Shown: positions 33,500 through 56,806 of the stretch, piece after piece
Position numbering within the stretch: the stretch's first letter is position 1
Layout: each line of letters starts with the position of its first letter
DNA from: the human T2T-CHM13v2.0 reference genome, Homo sapiens
NCBI RefSeq assembly: GCF_009914755.1
Contig: NC_060930.1
Reading direction: 5' to 3' (one strand)
Length of the DNA: 64,000 nt
The notes under the pieces: generated by a model
The model's database searches: none
The model's input: only the letters and a program-made list of their open reading frames with translations
What the model was told of the DNA's origin: nothing
Translations under genes and position numbers: made by a program

Positions 33500-36415
33500 A
33501 GGACAGTGCTTTGGTATCTCACTGGGACCGAGCTCCGGGGACAAGGGGTGACTGCCATGTCTGGGGTTCAGTCAACTCAGCTGCTCCCACCTGCTGGCTT
33601 TGGAGAATACAGGCGGTCCAGAAAAGGTAGGGTCCCCTTCAACACAGCACATGTGCTCTACCAAAAAGCAGCCAGACTGCTTCTTTAGGCAAGTCCCTGA
33701 TCCCATTCCTTGTGACTTGTTAAGATCTCCCAGCAGGGGTCTCCAGCCACCTCTTATAGGTGCATGCAGGCCAACAACAGGTAAGTACCTACCCCCTGGG
33801 ACAGAGCTTCCAGAGGAAGGACCTGCCTGCCATCTTTGCTGCTTCATGGCCTTCTCTGCTGATACCTCCAGGTATGGGAGAAACCAAGGCAACTGGGGTC
33901 TGGAGAGGACCCCTGGCAAACCACAGCAGCCCTATATACAGTAAAGTGGCCAGATTACTAAAAGAAAAACAAATCAACAGAAAACAACAACAATATCAAC
34001 AAAAAGACCCCACAAAAACCTCAGTCAAAGGTCAGCAACCTCAAAGAACAAAGGTAGATTAAGGCCAAAAAGATGAGAAAGAATCAACACAAAAATGCTG
34101 AAAACTCAAAAAGCCAGAGTGCCTCTTCTCCTCCAAATGACCGCAACACCTCTCCAGCAAAAGCACAGAACTGGTCTGAGGCTGAGATGGCTGAATTGAC
34201 AGAAATAGTCTTCAGAAGGTGGGTAATAATAAACTTCACTGAGATAAAGGAGCATGTTTTAACCCAATGCAAAGAAGCTAAGAATCACAATAAAACAATA
34301 CAGGAGCTGACAGCCACAACAGTCAGTTTAGAGAGGAACATAACAGATCTAATGGAGCTGAAAAACACAACATGAGAACTTCACAATGCAATCACAAGTA
34401 TCAATAGCAGAATAGACCAAGCAGAGGAAAGAACCTCAGAGCTTGAAGACTATCTGTCCAAAATAAGACAGGCAGACAATAATAGAGAAAAAGGAACAAA
34501 AAGGAATGAATAAAACCTCCAAGAGATATGGGGTTATGTAAAGAGACCAAACCTATGACTGACTGAGGTACCTGAAAGAGACGAGGAGAATGGAACCAAG
34601 TTGGAAAACATACTTCAGGATATCATATAGGAGAACTCCCCCAGATTATCAGGACAGGCCAACATTCAAATTCAGGAAATGCAGAGAACCCCAGTAATAC
34701 ACTCCACAAAAAGATCAACCCCAAGACATATAATCAGATGTGTCTTCACATCAGATTCCCCAAAGCCATCAGATTCCCCAAGGTCCAAATGAAAGAAAAG
34801 CTGTTAAGGGCAGCCAGAGATAAAGGCCAGGTCACCTACAAAGGGAAACCCTTCAGACTAATAGCAAACCTCTCAGTAAAAACCCTGCAAGCCAGAAGAG
34901 ACTGGTGGCCAATATTCAACATTCTTAAAGAAAAGAATTTCCAACTGAGAATTTCATATCTGGACAAACTAAGCTTTATAAGCAAAGGAGAAATAAGATC
35001 CTTTTCAGAAAAGCAAATGCTGAGGGAATTTGTTACTACCAGTCCTGCCTTACCAGAGCTCCTGAAGAAAGAACTAAATATGGAAAGAAAAAATTGTTAC
35101 CAGCCACTACAAAAATACACTGAAGTACACTGACCAGTGACACTATGAAGCAACCACATAAACCAAGCCTGCAAAATAACCAGCTAGCATCGTCATGACA
35201 GGATCAAATTCATACATAACAATACTAACATTAAATGTAAATGGGTTAAATGCCCCAATTAAAAGACCAAGAATGGCAAGCTGGATGAAGAGCCAAGACC
35301 CATCAGTATGCTGTCCTCAAGAGACCCATCTCACATGCAAAGACACACACAGGCTCTAAATAAAGGGATGGAGGAAATTTTACCAAGCAAATGGAAAACA
35401 GAAAAAAGCAGGAGTTGCAACCCTAGATTCTGACAAAAGAGACTTTAAACCAACAAAGATTAAAAAAAGACAAGGGCATTACATAATGGTAAAAGGTTCA
35501 ATTCAACAAGAAGTGCTATCATAAATATATATACAACCAACACAGGAGCACCAAATTCAAAAAACAAGTGCTTACAGAACTGCAAAGAGACTGAGACTCC
35601 CACACAATAATAGTGAGAGGCTTTAACAGCCCACTAACAATATTAGACAGATCATCAAGACAGAAATTTAACAAAGATATTCTGGACCTGAACTCAGCTC
35701 TGTATCAAGTGGACCTGATAGATATCTACAGAACTTCCCACCGAAATTCAACAGAATATACATTCTTCTCATCACCACATGACACTTATTCTGAAATTGA
35801 TCACATAATCAGAAGTAAAACTTTCCTTGGCAAATGCAAAAGAAATGAAATCATAACAAACAGTCTCTCAGACCACAGCACAATCAAATTAGAACTCAAG
35901 ATTAAGAAATTCACTCAAAACCACACAACTACATAGAAATTGAACAACCTGCTCCTGAATGACTCTTGGGTAAACAACAAAATTATGGGAGAAATCAAGA
36001 ATTTATCTGAAACTAATGAGAACAAAGAGACAATGTACCAGAATCTCTGGGATGCAGCTAAAGCAGTGTTAAGAGGGAAATTTATAGCACTAAATGCCCA
36101 CATCAAAAAGCTAGAAAGATCTCAAGTTAACAATCTGACATCTCAACTAAAATAACTAGAGAGCCAAGAGCGAACAAACTCCAATGCTGGCAGAAGACAA
36201 GAAATAACCAAGATCAGAGGTGAATTGAAGAAGACAGAGACACAAAACAACCCTTCAAAAAATTCAATGAATCCAGGAGCTGATTTTTTGAAAATATTAA
36301 TAAAATAGATAGACCTCTAGCTAGACTAATGAAGAAAAGTGAGAAGAATGAAGTAAACACAATCAGAAATGATAAGGTAGATATCACCACTGACCCCAAA
36401 GAAATATAAACAACC
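33500..36415 (+). mobile_element. Older LINE-1 (L1PA11-16/L1PREC2-like): partial 5'UTR, ORF1 and endonuclease region; 3' half missing
   Basis: ORF1-like MRKNQHKNAENSKSQSASSPP at 34073; EN-like fragments 35613-36155; ends abruptly at an Alu. Confidence 0.88.
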
Positions 36416-36771
<356 letters not shown>

Positions 36772-36850
36772 TTATAAGAATTGATAGTCTGATAAAAATC
36801 CTATTACTTCAGCTTCCTTGAGACAAATTCAGTCATTGAAAATAGTGATC

Positions 36851-42990
<6,140 letters not shown>

Positions 42991-42991
42991 A

Positions 42992-43301
<310 letters not shown>

Positions 43302-44050
43302 TCAAATAAGAAATAAACAAATTTCCCAGCAAATAAAAAGAAAATACTGGTCATTCAGGTTACCATTTTATAGGTTTGGTAATTTTTAAAGTTAATTTCT
43401 AGAATATACTATCTAAAATGCAAGGAGAAGTGTGTTTTCATGTTTTCATTGTTGACAGGAAGATACCAAAAAGATCATTCAAACCCACCTAATAACACAC
43501 ACGTATACTCAACATGAAAAAACTGTAGACTTACACTACCTGTTTTAAAAGTTTTCAGAGTAGTAAAAAAACAAATCTCATAGTACAGATTGAGTATCCC
43601 TTATCCAAAATGCTTGGGACCAGAAGCGTTTCAAATTTCAAAGTGTTTTAGATTTTGGAATATCTGTATATACAAAATGAGTTATCTTGGCAATGACACC
43701 CAAGTCTCAACATGAATTTGTTTCATTGAACCATCAGAAAGTAAAGGGATCACTATCTCAGCCACCCATGTAGACACAATCTGTGGTTGTTTGACATCAC
43801 CATTATTCCTGACCAAATTTACATGTTACCAATAAGCAACCATTTTCTTACACTTACACCTAACTACTTAATGGTTAAAAAAAAAAAAGGGGCATACCAT
43901 TAATACAGTGAAAAAAATCACATGTTCAGGGTAGCTACAGCAGCACAGAGGCATCACCAGAATATCTGTGCCAGCTGTTAAACAGAAGCAACAAACAGCA
44001 GGCTTTCCGTTTCCATCTGGAATGCTTTGTTTTGATTAAAAGGTACTGTA

Positions 44051-44679
<629 letters not shown>

Positions 44680-44839
44680 TAAGGTGAGAAGAAGCAGTTG
44701 AGAGGACAGCAAGTGGGTCTTCTAGGAATGAGGAGTCATTCTGCTGGATGGATTTTTAAATGTTTCCTCCAGGGTTATCTGCCTCATTAACAATGGTGTT
44801 TGCCTTAGAAATCTCTCTTTGATTTTATAAACTAACATG

Positions 44840-46340
44840 ATTTCTTGTTCTGTTGTGAATGCCATATTTTCACCATGTCATCTATAGGCACTTCTTCTTC
44901 AGTTTTAATGTTATCTTCATCATCACTATTATCACCATCACCTACACTCAGAACCATTTTGGCTACTTCATCATCAATGAATGAGCAATTGGAGCCTTAT
45001 AACCAGTGTTACAGACCTTTTCAATATCCACTTCTTTCAGTTCACTAACAAACTCTGAAGGTATATTTTTTTGCATATGTAAGGCAGTCAAACATCATTT
45101 CTTTCACTTGACATACAGAATCCTTCAAAGTCACACATTTGCTCGTCACCATCACTGAACATAGTTGCAGGCCAGAGGTTGTGCCAGGCATGCACAATTG
45201 TGTCTTTACTCACTGTGTTCCAAGCACTGGCAACAGCATACACAACATCCTTCATATTAAACTCCCTTTGAAAACCTTCCACAATTACAATTCTGTTCAC
45301 TGATGCTAGCAGTCTATGCAACAAAGTGTTATATTTATTCTTCACTGATCTAATGTGACTGATTAATTCAGTCACATGGCTGAATTAATGAAGTCACATT
45401 TGAGGGAAAATACATGGCAAACACATTATTTTTGATGAGAATTTCAGCTGGATGATGAGCAGAGCAGTTGTTAGGGAATAACAAAGTCTTGCAGTCACCA
45501 TGCAGTAAACACAAGCCACTGGTATAAAATATTTTCCCTGGTGATCCATGCCTTTTTGCTAGCATAATAATGGACTGGTAAGAAATTCACTCCTTGAAGA
45601 GATTGAGAACACAGGCTTTTGCCTATCATGGCAAATTTACACTTACACTTGCCTGTTGCACTAGGACATCCCTGCACATTTATTCTGTCCTTGGTAGCCT
45701 ACCACAGGGGCTGTCTCATCAGCTGTAGTCAGTGTCTTTCTGAGGCAACAACAACAAAATAGTGATATTTTAACAGCAATATAGACTTGTTCTAGCATCA
45801 GATTTTCATCAGCAATGACCTTGGCAAATTCCTCACTGAATTTCACCACTGTTTTGTGATCAGCAGATGCTCTATTGCCACAAATCTTTAAAAAATGAAT
45901 ATCATGTCTCTTCTTAAATTTCTGCAACCAGCCTGTTGAAAAGTCAGAGTTCCCTTCAATTTTCACTTCATTATGATAGATCTTTGCTTGTTTATGATCG
46001 GCATACCATTAAGTGGCACGTGTTCACTGTTAGGCTGACAAATCCACTCTTTAAATACACAATTGAGATCTTCAGTTTTAGCTTTATGCAGTGTTATTCT
46101 ATTTTTCATTAACTTCTTTTCATCAGTTTTGGCACAGAACGTCAACAGTTTATTCTTTTGTTTCTTCAAGTTATATAGTGTGGTCATTCCAACACCATAC
46201 TCTTCTGTAGGACATTTCACATTTATATTGCTGTCCAGTTTCTCCAACAGCTTGACTTTCTGTGCTACGGATAAAGACAAATGCTCCCTCTTTTCCCTGT
46301 CACTGTTACCCACAGGGGTATCTGCAGGCCTTTTTGACAT
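44840..46340 (-). pseudogene. Degenerate Tigger transposase (HTH-psq, CENP-B-type HTH, DDE_1; JRK/TIGD-like)
   Basis: MSKRPADTP...LSVAQKVKLLEKLD, STGWLQKFKKRH, NNCSAH, FPSNVTSLIQPCD and AVASAWNTVS spread over several frames. Confidence 0.85.
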
Positions 46341-47104
46341 TCCCAACAATACCTCTGCACCACAGAGCAGAAAATAAGCAAAAGAAAAGAAAAGACATGA
46401 GTAATGCACAAATGCACATCGGCCTTGGCCCCACGTGGGGCACAGTGGGGAACCTGCTCTTGGCATATGCGTCCTGCACATGTCATTTATTACCCTTGTG
46501 GGCATGCTTGCATGATGGAATCTTGGTGTGTTGAAGAAAAAATATATATGCAGCAGAAGGGGGCTGGGAGGGTCTTTTTTCCTTTGGGGATGCTGAAACA
46601 ACTGTATGTTGTATGCTTGTGTTCTGAGTGCCCCCTGGTCATATGAGATCAGGTATGGGATTTACCACTTATGGCTTCATGTCAGTACTCGAAAAGTTTC
46701 AGACTCTGGGGTACTCTGAATTATGGATGCTCAACCTGTATACTTTTCTAAAGATGCATATAAAGAATCCACTTTAAGTCAATAATCTATGGATAAAAGT
46801 CTGTATTTTGTGCTTGTATGTGCATTAAATGTGTATGTTAAATAAATCATGCAAAGCTAGCACTAAAAATTTAATCATATAAGACTAGCAATAAAACCAT
46901 ATTAAAATGAAATCGTTAAAACATACTAAATTTGTATTTGCTACTTTGTTCACATTCACTGCCTTAGTAAATGAGAAGCCTAGCAGTTACACTGTCTTAT
47001 AGACATCCATTTAAAATAAGAAAACATCAGTTACAAGTTTTGTGCCCTCGGGCAGTTATTTAACGTCTAAAGAAATGCAGTGTTGTAGTTACAAGCAGGC
47101 TCAA

Positions 47105-47174
47105 GTGCTTGTCTCAGCAGCACGTATACTAATATTGGAACCATACAGAGAAGACTGGATGGCCCCTGCACAAG
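47105..47174 (+). pseudogene. 3'-truncated U6 snRNA retropseudogene
   Basis: GTGCTTGTCTCAGCAGCACGTATACTAATATTGGAACCATACAGAGAAGACTGGATGGCCCCTGCACAAG aligns to the first ~70 nt of U6; flanking direct repeat ACAAGCAGGCT. Confidence 0.9.
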
Positions 47175-47559
47175 CAGGCTTGAAATTTACAGACTGCATG
47201 GAGAAAGCTACTTAGCTCCTATATGCTTCTGTTTCCTCACCTGTAGAAAGGGGTATCTCCACCTCACAGAGTTAAGTATAATACCCATAAGGCACATCAA
47301 ACAGTGCCTAGCACATTATAAAAACCTAATAAATGTCAAATGTTTTAATATTAAGGCTGTTTCCACACTAAATAAAGAGAAATAGCTATCTCAAGAGGCT
47401 GTTACAGGAAATGAGAAACATAAAGAACATGGTTCAGATACATGAAACACAAAGCACTCAATAAGTAGTAATTATTATCACTAAAAAACAGAATTAATGA
47501 TAATGAGGTTGATGAAGAGTATGATGGCAACACTATCAGACATTAGGTGGCCCAATCCA

Positions 47560-48200
47560 CAACAGTGGCAGTTATCCTTGAGTCCTTCCTCTTTCTCATC
47601 TTCCCAATTACCAAGTTCTATAAATTCTATTATCCTCAAAAGCTTAAAAGCTATTCCATTTTCTCCATCTTCACTGCCACTTGCCTTACATAATTCCTCA
47701 TGCATGCTTCCCCAAACCAAAATGCCACAGCCTCCTCTCAGTTGTCCTGACTCTAGTACCGCCCCATTTCAACCCATTTTTCACACTCCAAGCTGAGTTT
47801 GGTTGTTTCTTTTTGTTTTCTTAACTGAAATTTGATCATGTCATTTCCCTCTTTAACATCTGCAATCATCTCCACAGACTTCAGAATAATTTTCAAAGTA
47901 CTATTTGTGGATGCAAAGTCTTTCAGAATTTGGCCACTTTCTCCCTTCCCCACATCATCTTTTTCTACTTGCTTACTTTTCCATCTAAGCTAAGCTCCAC
48001 AACTCTGATCTACTTGTGGTTTCCCAAAGCATGCTCTGTCACCTCTGTGCCTTCCTGTAAGCCCAGAACATTTCCTTCTTCCCATCCTTACTCCTACTCG
48101 ACCACTTAATGCTTCACCTCTATAATTCAACTTCCATACCACTTCATCCATTCCCTGATACCTGCCCCATCTTACTCTTATCTTCTTTTTTTTCTCCAAG
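47560..48200 (+). mobile_element. L2 fragment
   Basis: Pyrimidine-rich L2-like motifs (GATCATGTCATTTCCCTC). Confidence 0.5.
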
Positions 48201-49316
48201 CCTGGATGAACTTTATGACTAATATTATAAAAGTGATGCTAACATTTAAACCCCTACAGCTTCAATTCTAAATGCTAGAACTGAAAATATGAGCAAAAGA
48301 GGCCATATCTAACTAATTTAAGAGTATTATATTTCAAATGTGGAACTAATATATATACATCTGCCTATATTGCTTGTATTTATTTAACATATTGCTTTTT
48401 AAATTAAAGGTATTTTCATCTATTTGGTTTCACTTTATAATCACCAAAGCCTTTTAATAAAACTTGGGAATAAGGGACTCCCCCATGTGGAGATCAGTTT
48501 ACAAAGGCCCTCTAACAAGTTTAGCAAGTCATTTAAGTTTCAATAGTTCAAAATTATAAAGTCGAACTCTAAACATGACAAAAAAACTTTCTACCTATAA
48601 AGTAAAAAGCTGACTCTAAAGTAACAGAAAAGTTCATAACAGAATGTATAAGCAAAAAAAAAGAACAAACCAAAAATCAATAGTATTTCCAAGAAACAGG
48701 GTTTGAAAATTTTAAAGTAACATTTTGTAAACTGAATATCTTAACAATTTTAAGCAAGGTAAAATGTGATGTGTTTCTAAAGATTTTTAAGAGTTTTATA
48801 TGAATCAGGTTACTTATTAAATAAGCATTATATGTTGAAACCTCAACAATTTGATACACAATTACTATACTGGTAACATTAGAAAAAAAAGGCTCAATTT
48901 ATTGTGAGAAATGTTTATATAAAAAAAATGAAAGCTGAGAATGTATAACATTAATAATCAAGACCCTGCTATTAACACTCCTAATTACTTAAAAAAGTTA
49001 GCCTCTAATCAACCAAGCAATTAAACAAAATGTAAATATATATAGTATTAAACTGAGAAACAAAAGTTTCAAGCTCTTTAATATTAAAATAGTATTCCCA
49101 CCTCTGGTGAGATGCACAATGAAGGGTATATCCTCAATGTGAGCATATTCTTACTTATTCTTATTTATTCAATATTTTCCATCTTTCTAGATTTCATTAA
49201 AATACACAAATACAAAAAAATTAATAATATTTTAAAAATCTAAACAAAAATCATGTCATAGTAAGGGGGGGTGCTGCTAGGAGATGCAAGCATAAATATA
49301 GATATACCTCATACAC

Positions 49317-49592
49317 ATTTTTTTTTCTTTTTTAAGTGATAGGATCTTGCTCTGTCACTCAGGCTAGAGGGCAGTAGTGTCATCTTGGCTCACTGTAGCC
49401 TCAACCTCCAGAGCTCAAGTGATCCTCCCACCTCAGCCTCCAGAATAGCTAGGACTGTAGCCACACAAAACTAGGCCTGGCTAATTTTTTTATTTTTTAT
49501 AGAGATGAGGTCTCACTATGTTGCCCAGGCTTGTCTCGAACTCCTGGCCTCAAGCAATCCCCCTGCCTTAGTCTCCCAAAGCACTGGAATAC
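49317..49592 (-). mobile_element. AluJ-like
   Basis: Diverged dimer lacking the first ~20 nt. Confidence 0.85.
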
Positions 49593-50719
49593 AATTGTTA
49601 CTAGATCTTTCCACTTTGTCATATATATCTGAAAGGAGTGACAAACCTCACCAGATATAGTATTCACAGATAAGAATCATGTTTATGGTTCTCTTATCAA
49701 AGGCAATCATTGCTTAATAAAGATTCTATGACTTCATTACCCTTAATTGAGGGTAGGCCTCCAGTGTAAAATAAAATAATAAACATGCTACAAGGTGAAC
49801 AATCTAAAAAAAGATTCTAAAAATATTTTCACTCACTGGCAAATCATATAGGTTTAAAAATTAAGTGTTTAACTATTATAATCTTCTAGAGCTTAACATG
49901 ACTTACATTAAAAATCAAGTAAGTTCTTCCTCGACACAATTAATTTTGCATATAGTATGAAGAACATTAGACTTGAAATTAGGAGGCTTGGGTTTTGGCC
50001 CCAGTTTTGCCATTAACTCTTTAGGATTAGTGTCATTTCATGTAAAATAAGAGGGTAGAATTTAAAATTTCTAAGTATGAATATGTAAGAACTCAACTCC
50101 TGACTTTATTTCCAAGAATTCAATCTCTTTTTTTTGTACACTATAGTATCTTAAGTTTCAAAAGGTAAAATTATGTCGCTTGCTAATAAGTTTCCAATTC
50201 CCTTTATATATCTGAAACTAAGAACCTATTTTTATAGAAAACTACCCAATACAACTAACTTTTGTGCTGTGCTTTTCATTTTACAAAATGCTAATAACAA
50301 TTCTGTATGGGAGGTATTATTATTCCAATTCTACAGAAAACTGAGTTCGAAGAATTGTTAAACATAACCCTTTTTAAAATAATCCACATTTTACTAAATC
50401 TATAGTTTAAAAAATGGCTCAGTGAACATTGTTTCTTATAGTTAAATTGATTCTGAAGATGTCTTGGAATTATAATTCAGCTAAACAAAAAGGGAGGGGG
50501 GCAGTTTAGTATTGTTCAACCAGAAGCTGCTACTTGTAAGCAACAGAACTAGAATTCATATGATATTTTCTAACTCCAAATACCTCATATAACATATTAA
50601 AACACCAAGCCATATTAAATCTTAAAGTCATATTATGACTTTGAACAGTGAAATTTAAAACATATGCAAAGATTTTTAAATAATACATATAGAGGAGAGG
50701 TAATAATAAATAAAAATAA

Positions 50720-51022
<303 letters not shown>

Positions 51023-51418
51023 TCAAGTTATACAGTCAAAAAAATATCAAAAGGTCGAACAAACTTACTGGATCCCAAAAGTATGTGGAAAGCTTAAACA
51101 CTGGCATTTCTTTTCTCTATTAGAATTCTTTAATATTATACTTTAAAAACATGAAAGAGCAATTTTTGCAAATATCTTCATTTAAGCTTATATTTCTAAT
51201 CAAATTTCTCAAAATGCATATGCCCAATTTATACTATCAGCTGAAGTGCTCTCGATTTTTTAGGAACCAACTCAGCACAGCTAGCACAATTATCAAAATA
51301 ATCCTTTCTAATTCAAAATTTAACATTTGATTGTTTTATTAACTTAAACGTTTTATCTGCTATGATACTGTAATAGTAAAAGTTTTTCTGCAAGTGCCAG
51401 AAGAATTTAGAGTAACTA

Positions 51419-51727
<309 letters not shown>

Positions 51728-52152
51728 TTAATGGTAAAATACTGCCCTCTACAGATATTCTGAAAAACTGCAAAATATAATACAATCCTACACACAGCAT
51801 ATTTTAAATGGATTCCTGAATTTGAAAGTCTGTTAAATTAATTCTGTGTTTCTTTCACATTGTTACAATGTAATCTTTCTTTGAAATAACTATTCAGGAA
51901 GTTATTATAAACTTCAAAAATGCCAATTATCTTAAGTATACTCATACTGAAATGTATTCTTAGCATAAAAATACACACACTAAAATTGAAAAAAAAAAAA
52001 AAAAGGCTAACTTAACTAGAGGTGTTTGGAAAAAAAAAAGGTAGGTCATTTTTTTCTCCTTCAAACCCCGAATGGCTTACATATACAGATGGGCTCCAAT
52101 CAAAATAAAAATTATCTCATCCAAAATACTACTGCTTATCTAGTTTTCCTCA

Positions 52153-52470
<318 letters not shown>

Positions 52471-53044
52471 TTATGTATAAACTTCCAGAGAAATGTTCTT
52501 TGTGGAAAATATAACAAGTGGTAAGTAGAATTGGAAGTATAGATGATAATCATTTATTCATACATATTTGTCACAGTAATCTATGGCAGAGAGAAAATTT
52601 TAGAGTACTTTTGACTGAAATTAGTTGGAAGATCATCAGAGACACTCTGGAAATAATACAGCAGAGGATCATATACACATACACATACACACACACACAC
52701 GCACATATACACAGTTTCCTAGGCAGTATGGCAATAGGCTGTTCGCTAGGACAGACATTATCCCATTCATCTGTATGTGCCAGTGCAGTAAGTATTTGCT
52801 AGTTTTTGCTGCTTCAGGAGTAGAACACTATGAGAATAACTAAAAACTGTAAATGTACAACTGCTCTTAAGTGACAGGCCTAGTCAATGAACTTGATGCC
52901 TGTTAACAATGATTAGAAAATCACCTCAGTCCACAAGGTAACCAAGTCTTTCTAATGGCAAACAATTAAGTTTAAACAATTACCTCTGAGGTGAAAGTAA
53001 AAATGGCAAGGGCAATAAGTTACCAATTACTATGAAAATCCAGT

Positions 53045-53325
53045 GCAATGGAATATGAATCCACTTTTATAAAATATCTAGAATAGGCAAATTTATAGAT
53101 AGGTAAAGTAGATTAGTAGTTACCTAAGGCTGAGGAAAGGGGATATGGGAGATATTGCTTAACGGGTACAGAATTTCTGCTTGGGGTGATGAAAAAGCTC
53201 TGAAAATAGATAGTGGCCGATGGTTGCACAACACTGTGAATGTACTTAAATGCCACTGAATTGTACACTTTCAATAATATAAATGGTAAATTTATATGTG
53301 TATTTCACCACCGTAAAAAAAAAGT
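53045..53325 (+). mobile_element. L1MB-like 3'UTR fragment
   Basis: GATGGTTGCACAACACTGTGAATGTACTTAA motif; similar to 12740-12985. Confidence 0.75.
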
Positions 53326-54324
53326 CTCAAAAAAAAAATACTACTAGTTAAAAGTTAAAACCTAATGCCAAAACCTCAACTTTAAATAACTTTCTTTTCC
53401 TATTTTTCCTATTTTTCTGTGATGGTCACTAATTCATATTACAAATTTACTCATCCATTCAACAAACACATAATGAGCTCATGCTATATACTACTATTGT
53501 AAATGCCTGGGCTAAAAGAAACAACGGATAAACCTAATGAAATAGCATCAAAGAAAAACAAAAGGTAGAAATGTATTGGAAAGTGAAATCTTTAGTCATT
53601 TTGACAATAATTCACTCTGTGTTTCACTGGTCTTTGATTTCTCGGTGCTGACACCAGGTTAACCTGCTGACTAGTTTATTTAGATATAAGGTATAAATTT
53701 GCAAGCCTATGGGAATAACCTAAATAAGTCATGTGAGTCTCATCATTCACTGTTAAGGACCTTTGGAGAATAATTCACTGTCATGAAGCAAGACCTGGTA
53801 TTAAAAGCCAAAGCAAAGCTTTGTGAGATAAAGGCAGACTTCAAAGACAAATATAATCATAATCCCAAAAATATAATATTCTGAGAATAATCACAAATAT
53901 TTTTTACCTGTTAAAATAATGAATGATTACAGCTATGGACCAACAAAGATTTCTGATGATTCTACTTTCCTCCCCTAGCTCTGTGTTTAATTCCTTCTCT
54001 AATTACTTTCTGAGAAATCTAGATGCTTAAAAAGAATAGATAAGGAGACTTTTTTAAAAAAAAAAAAAGGAAACATATAGGGAGAAAATCTTCAGAAAAG
54101 GAGTAACAGTTTTTAACTTGAAAATTTTAAATAGAATTAAAAGTTTATGATAAATTTTAAGTTCAAAAAATATATATAGCTGTGATTCCCCCAACTATTT
54201 TCATGCTCTCAGAAAAATCCTAGTATACAATAATATCATTTTCATGTAATAATAATAGCATATAATATTTATACTTTCTATATGCCAGGCACCAACTAAG
54301 CATTTTCACATATCAGCTAACTGA

Positions 54325-54653
<329 letters not shown>

Positions 54654-55031
54654 GCAGGTATCATCATTTTTAAATGAGGACACAAAGGCGCAGAATAGTT
54701 AAGTTTACTGGCCCCAAGATTGTATCAAAAGAATAGCAGTCAAGATTCTCACCATGTATAAACCCAAAGGACAAATTCATAACAAATATACTATTTCACT
54801 ACAGTAAGCATCTTAATTTCATTAGAAAACAAGTTCTTTAAAAAATTATTATAGATATCGGGTCTACCCAAACATTCCCCACATTTAGAAATTCTTGATT
54901 CCTATATGTAATTCTCTTTGTCAACTAAACCTGAGAACGTGAAAATATTTCAGCTTGATTTTAATTTATTAATACTATGACACCAAAGAGGAGACTGATA
55001 TGGCTTACAAAAAAGATAAATCAAAATGTTT

Positions 55032-55370
55032 GGCCAGACGTAGTAGCTTACACCTGTAATCCCAGAACTTTGGGAGGCCGAGGCGGGTAGATAACCTGAG
55101 CTCAAGAGTTTGAGGCCAGCCTCGGCAGCATGGCGAAACCTCATCTCCACAAAAAGAATAGAGAAATTACAAAATACAAAAACTAGCCAGGCGCCATGGC
55201 TGGTCTCCCAGCTCAAGTGATCCTCCCACCTCAGCCATACCAGCTACTCGGGAGGCTGAGGTGGAGGGTCCCTTGAGCCCGGGAGGTCAAGGCTGCAGTG
55301 ATCCAAGATTGCGCCACTGCCCTCCAGCCTGGGTGACAGAGCGAGACTCTGTCTCAAAGAAAAAAAAAAA
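55032..55370 (+). mobile_element. AluJ-like with an internal inverted segment
   Basis: Dimer with antisense Alu sequence at 55198-55236. Confidence 0.87.
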
Positions 55371-56638
55371 CAAAAAACTTTATGAGTCTATGTACTTCAA
55401 CATTTGCTCTGCTATAAATCTGTAACATTAAGGAAGTACCTCAACTAATGATTCCACACCAAATCTGTTTTTCAGATATTAAGCTAAGTAGACTTAGAAT
55501 AAAGGATATAAAGAGAAGAAATAAGTCTAAAATATAATGCTAGATCTAGCTTCAAAGATTAGGCCTAAATAATTAAACTCATGACTTCACTGAACTCGTC
55601 ATTCACAAAGACACCAAATTCACCTCAGAGCAAAGAATTAAAGGTTACAGAGTTAAAGCAGGCAGTTCCATGTTCCTACATAATTTCAAATACTCAAAGT
55701 GTATCCACGAAACCCATCACAGGGATGAATGCCTGCAGCTGCCTAGCTCTACTGCAGCCCACTCCCACTTGCCTCCCCTAAAATCATCCTTCTGATCAAA
55801 TAGGGATTTGCTGCTAGTTTGGTTGGAAGCAATCAGAAGCTACAATTAATGAAGCATTCTCTCCTGATAAAAGAATGTAAACATTTGGGGAGAGAAAAGA
55901 TTTTTAGGAAAAACAAGCGACTGTGCAAAGCATTTGAAAACTGAAATCCCACCTTCACTTGGAATATGTCTTTATTAAGTTAGAGAGCTCTCAAATATGC
56001 CTCACACAAATGAGGTGATAACTAATTCCATTTAGTCTACAACAGCAAATTACGACTCTATAGGGCACAAGCACCATTTCAACAAGGAGAGTTAATTATC
56101 TGTTTTATATGGTTCAATAAGAGCTTTATAGTAGCCAGGTCTTGATCTCTCAAAATGACTGAAAATAAAGTTAGTATACATAAATAGATTAAGAGTTGAA
56201 ATTTTATATCATGATTTCTAGACTTGGGTTTTCCTAACCAATATATTTTAAAACTTGGAAACTCAAATAGAGTTAGCAAATTTTTATTTTTCCAAATAGG
56301 GACTTTTATTTGTTTAAGGCCATCTACAAGCACCATTAATTTATGAAATAAAACATTTAATTCAAAAAATGTAGACTCAAGGATAATCCTTAAATTGAAC
56401 CAATTTAGTTTTATTTTACAAAGGACTGATAAGAAACCTCTTTGGGCCAACACTAGTCCTTGAGACAAGCATTTGGGAACCAACTGTTTAGAGGAACAAA
56501 TGTTAGACTGAGTCAGGTTCCACTTATGATTCTACTACTTATTAACTGTGTGAATGCAGATAAAAACTCTGAATTTCAGTTTTCTCATCTATAAAATAAG
56601 AATATCCCACCTAGCTCACAGGTCTGCTGTGGAAATCA

Positions 56639-56806
<168 letters not shown>

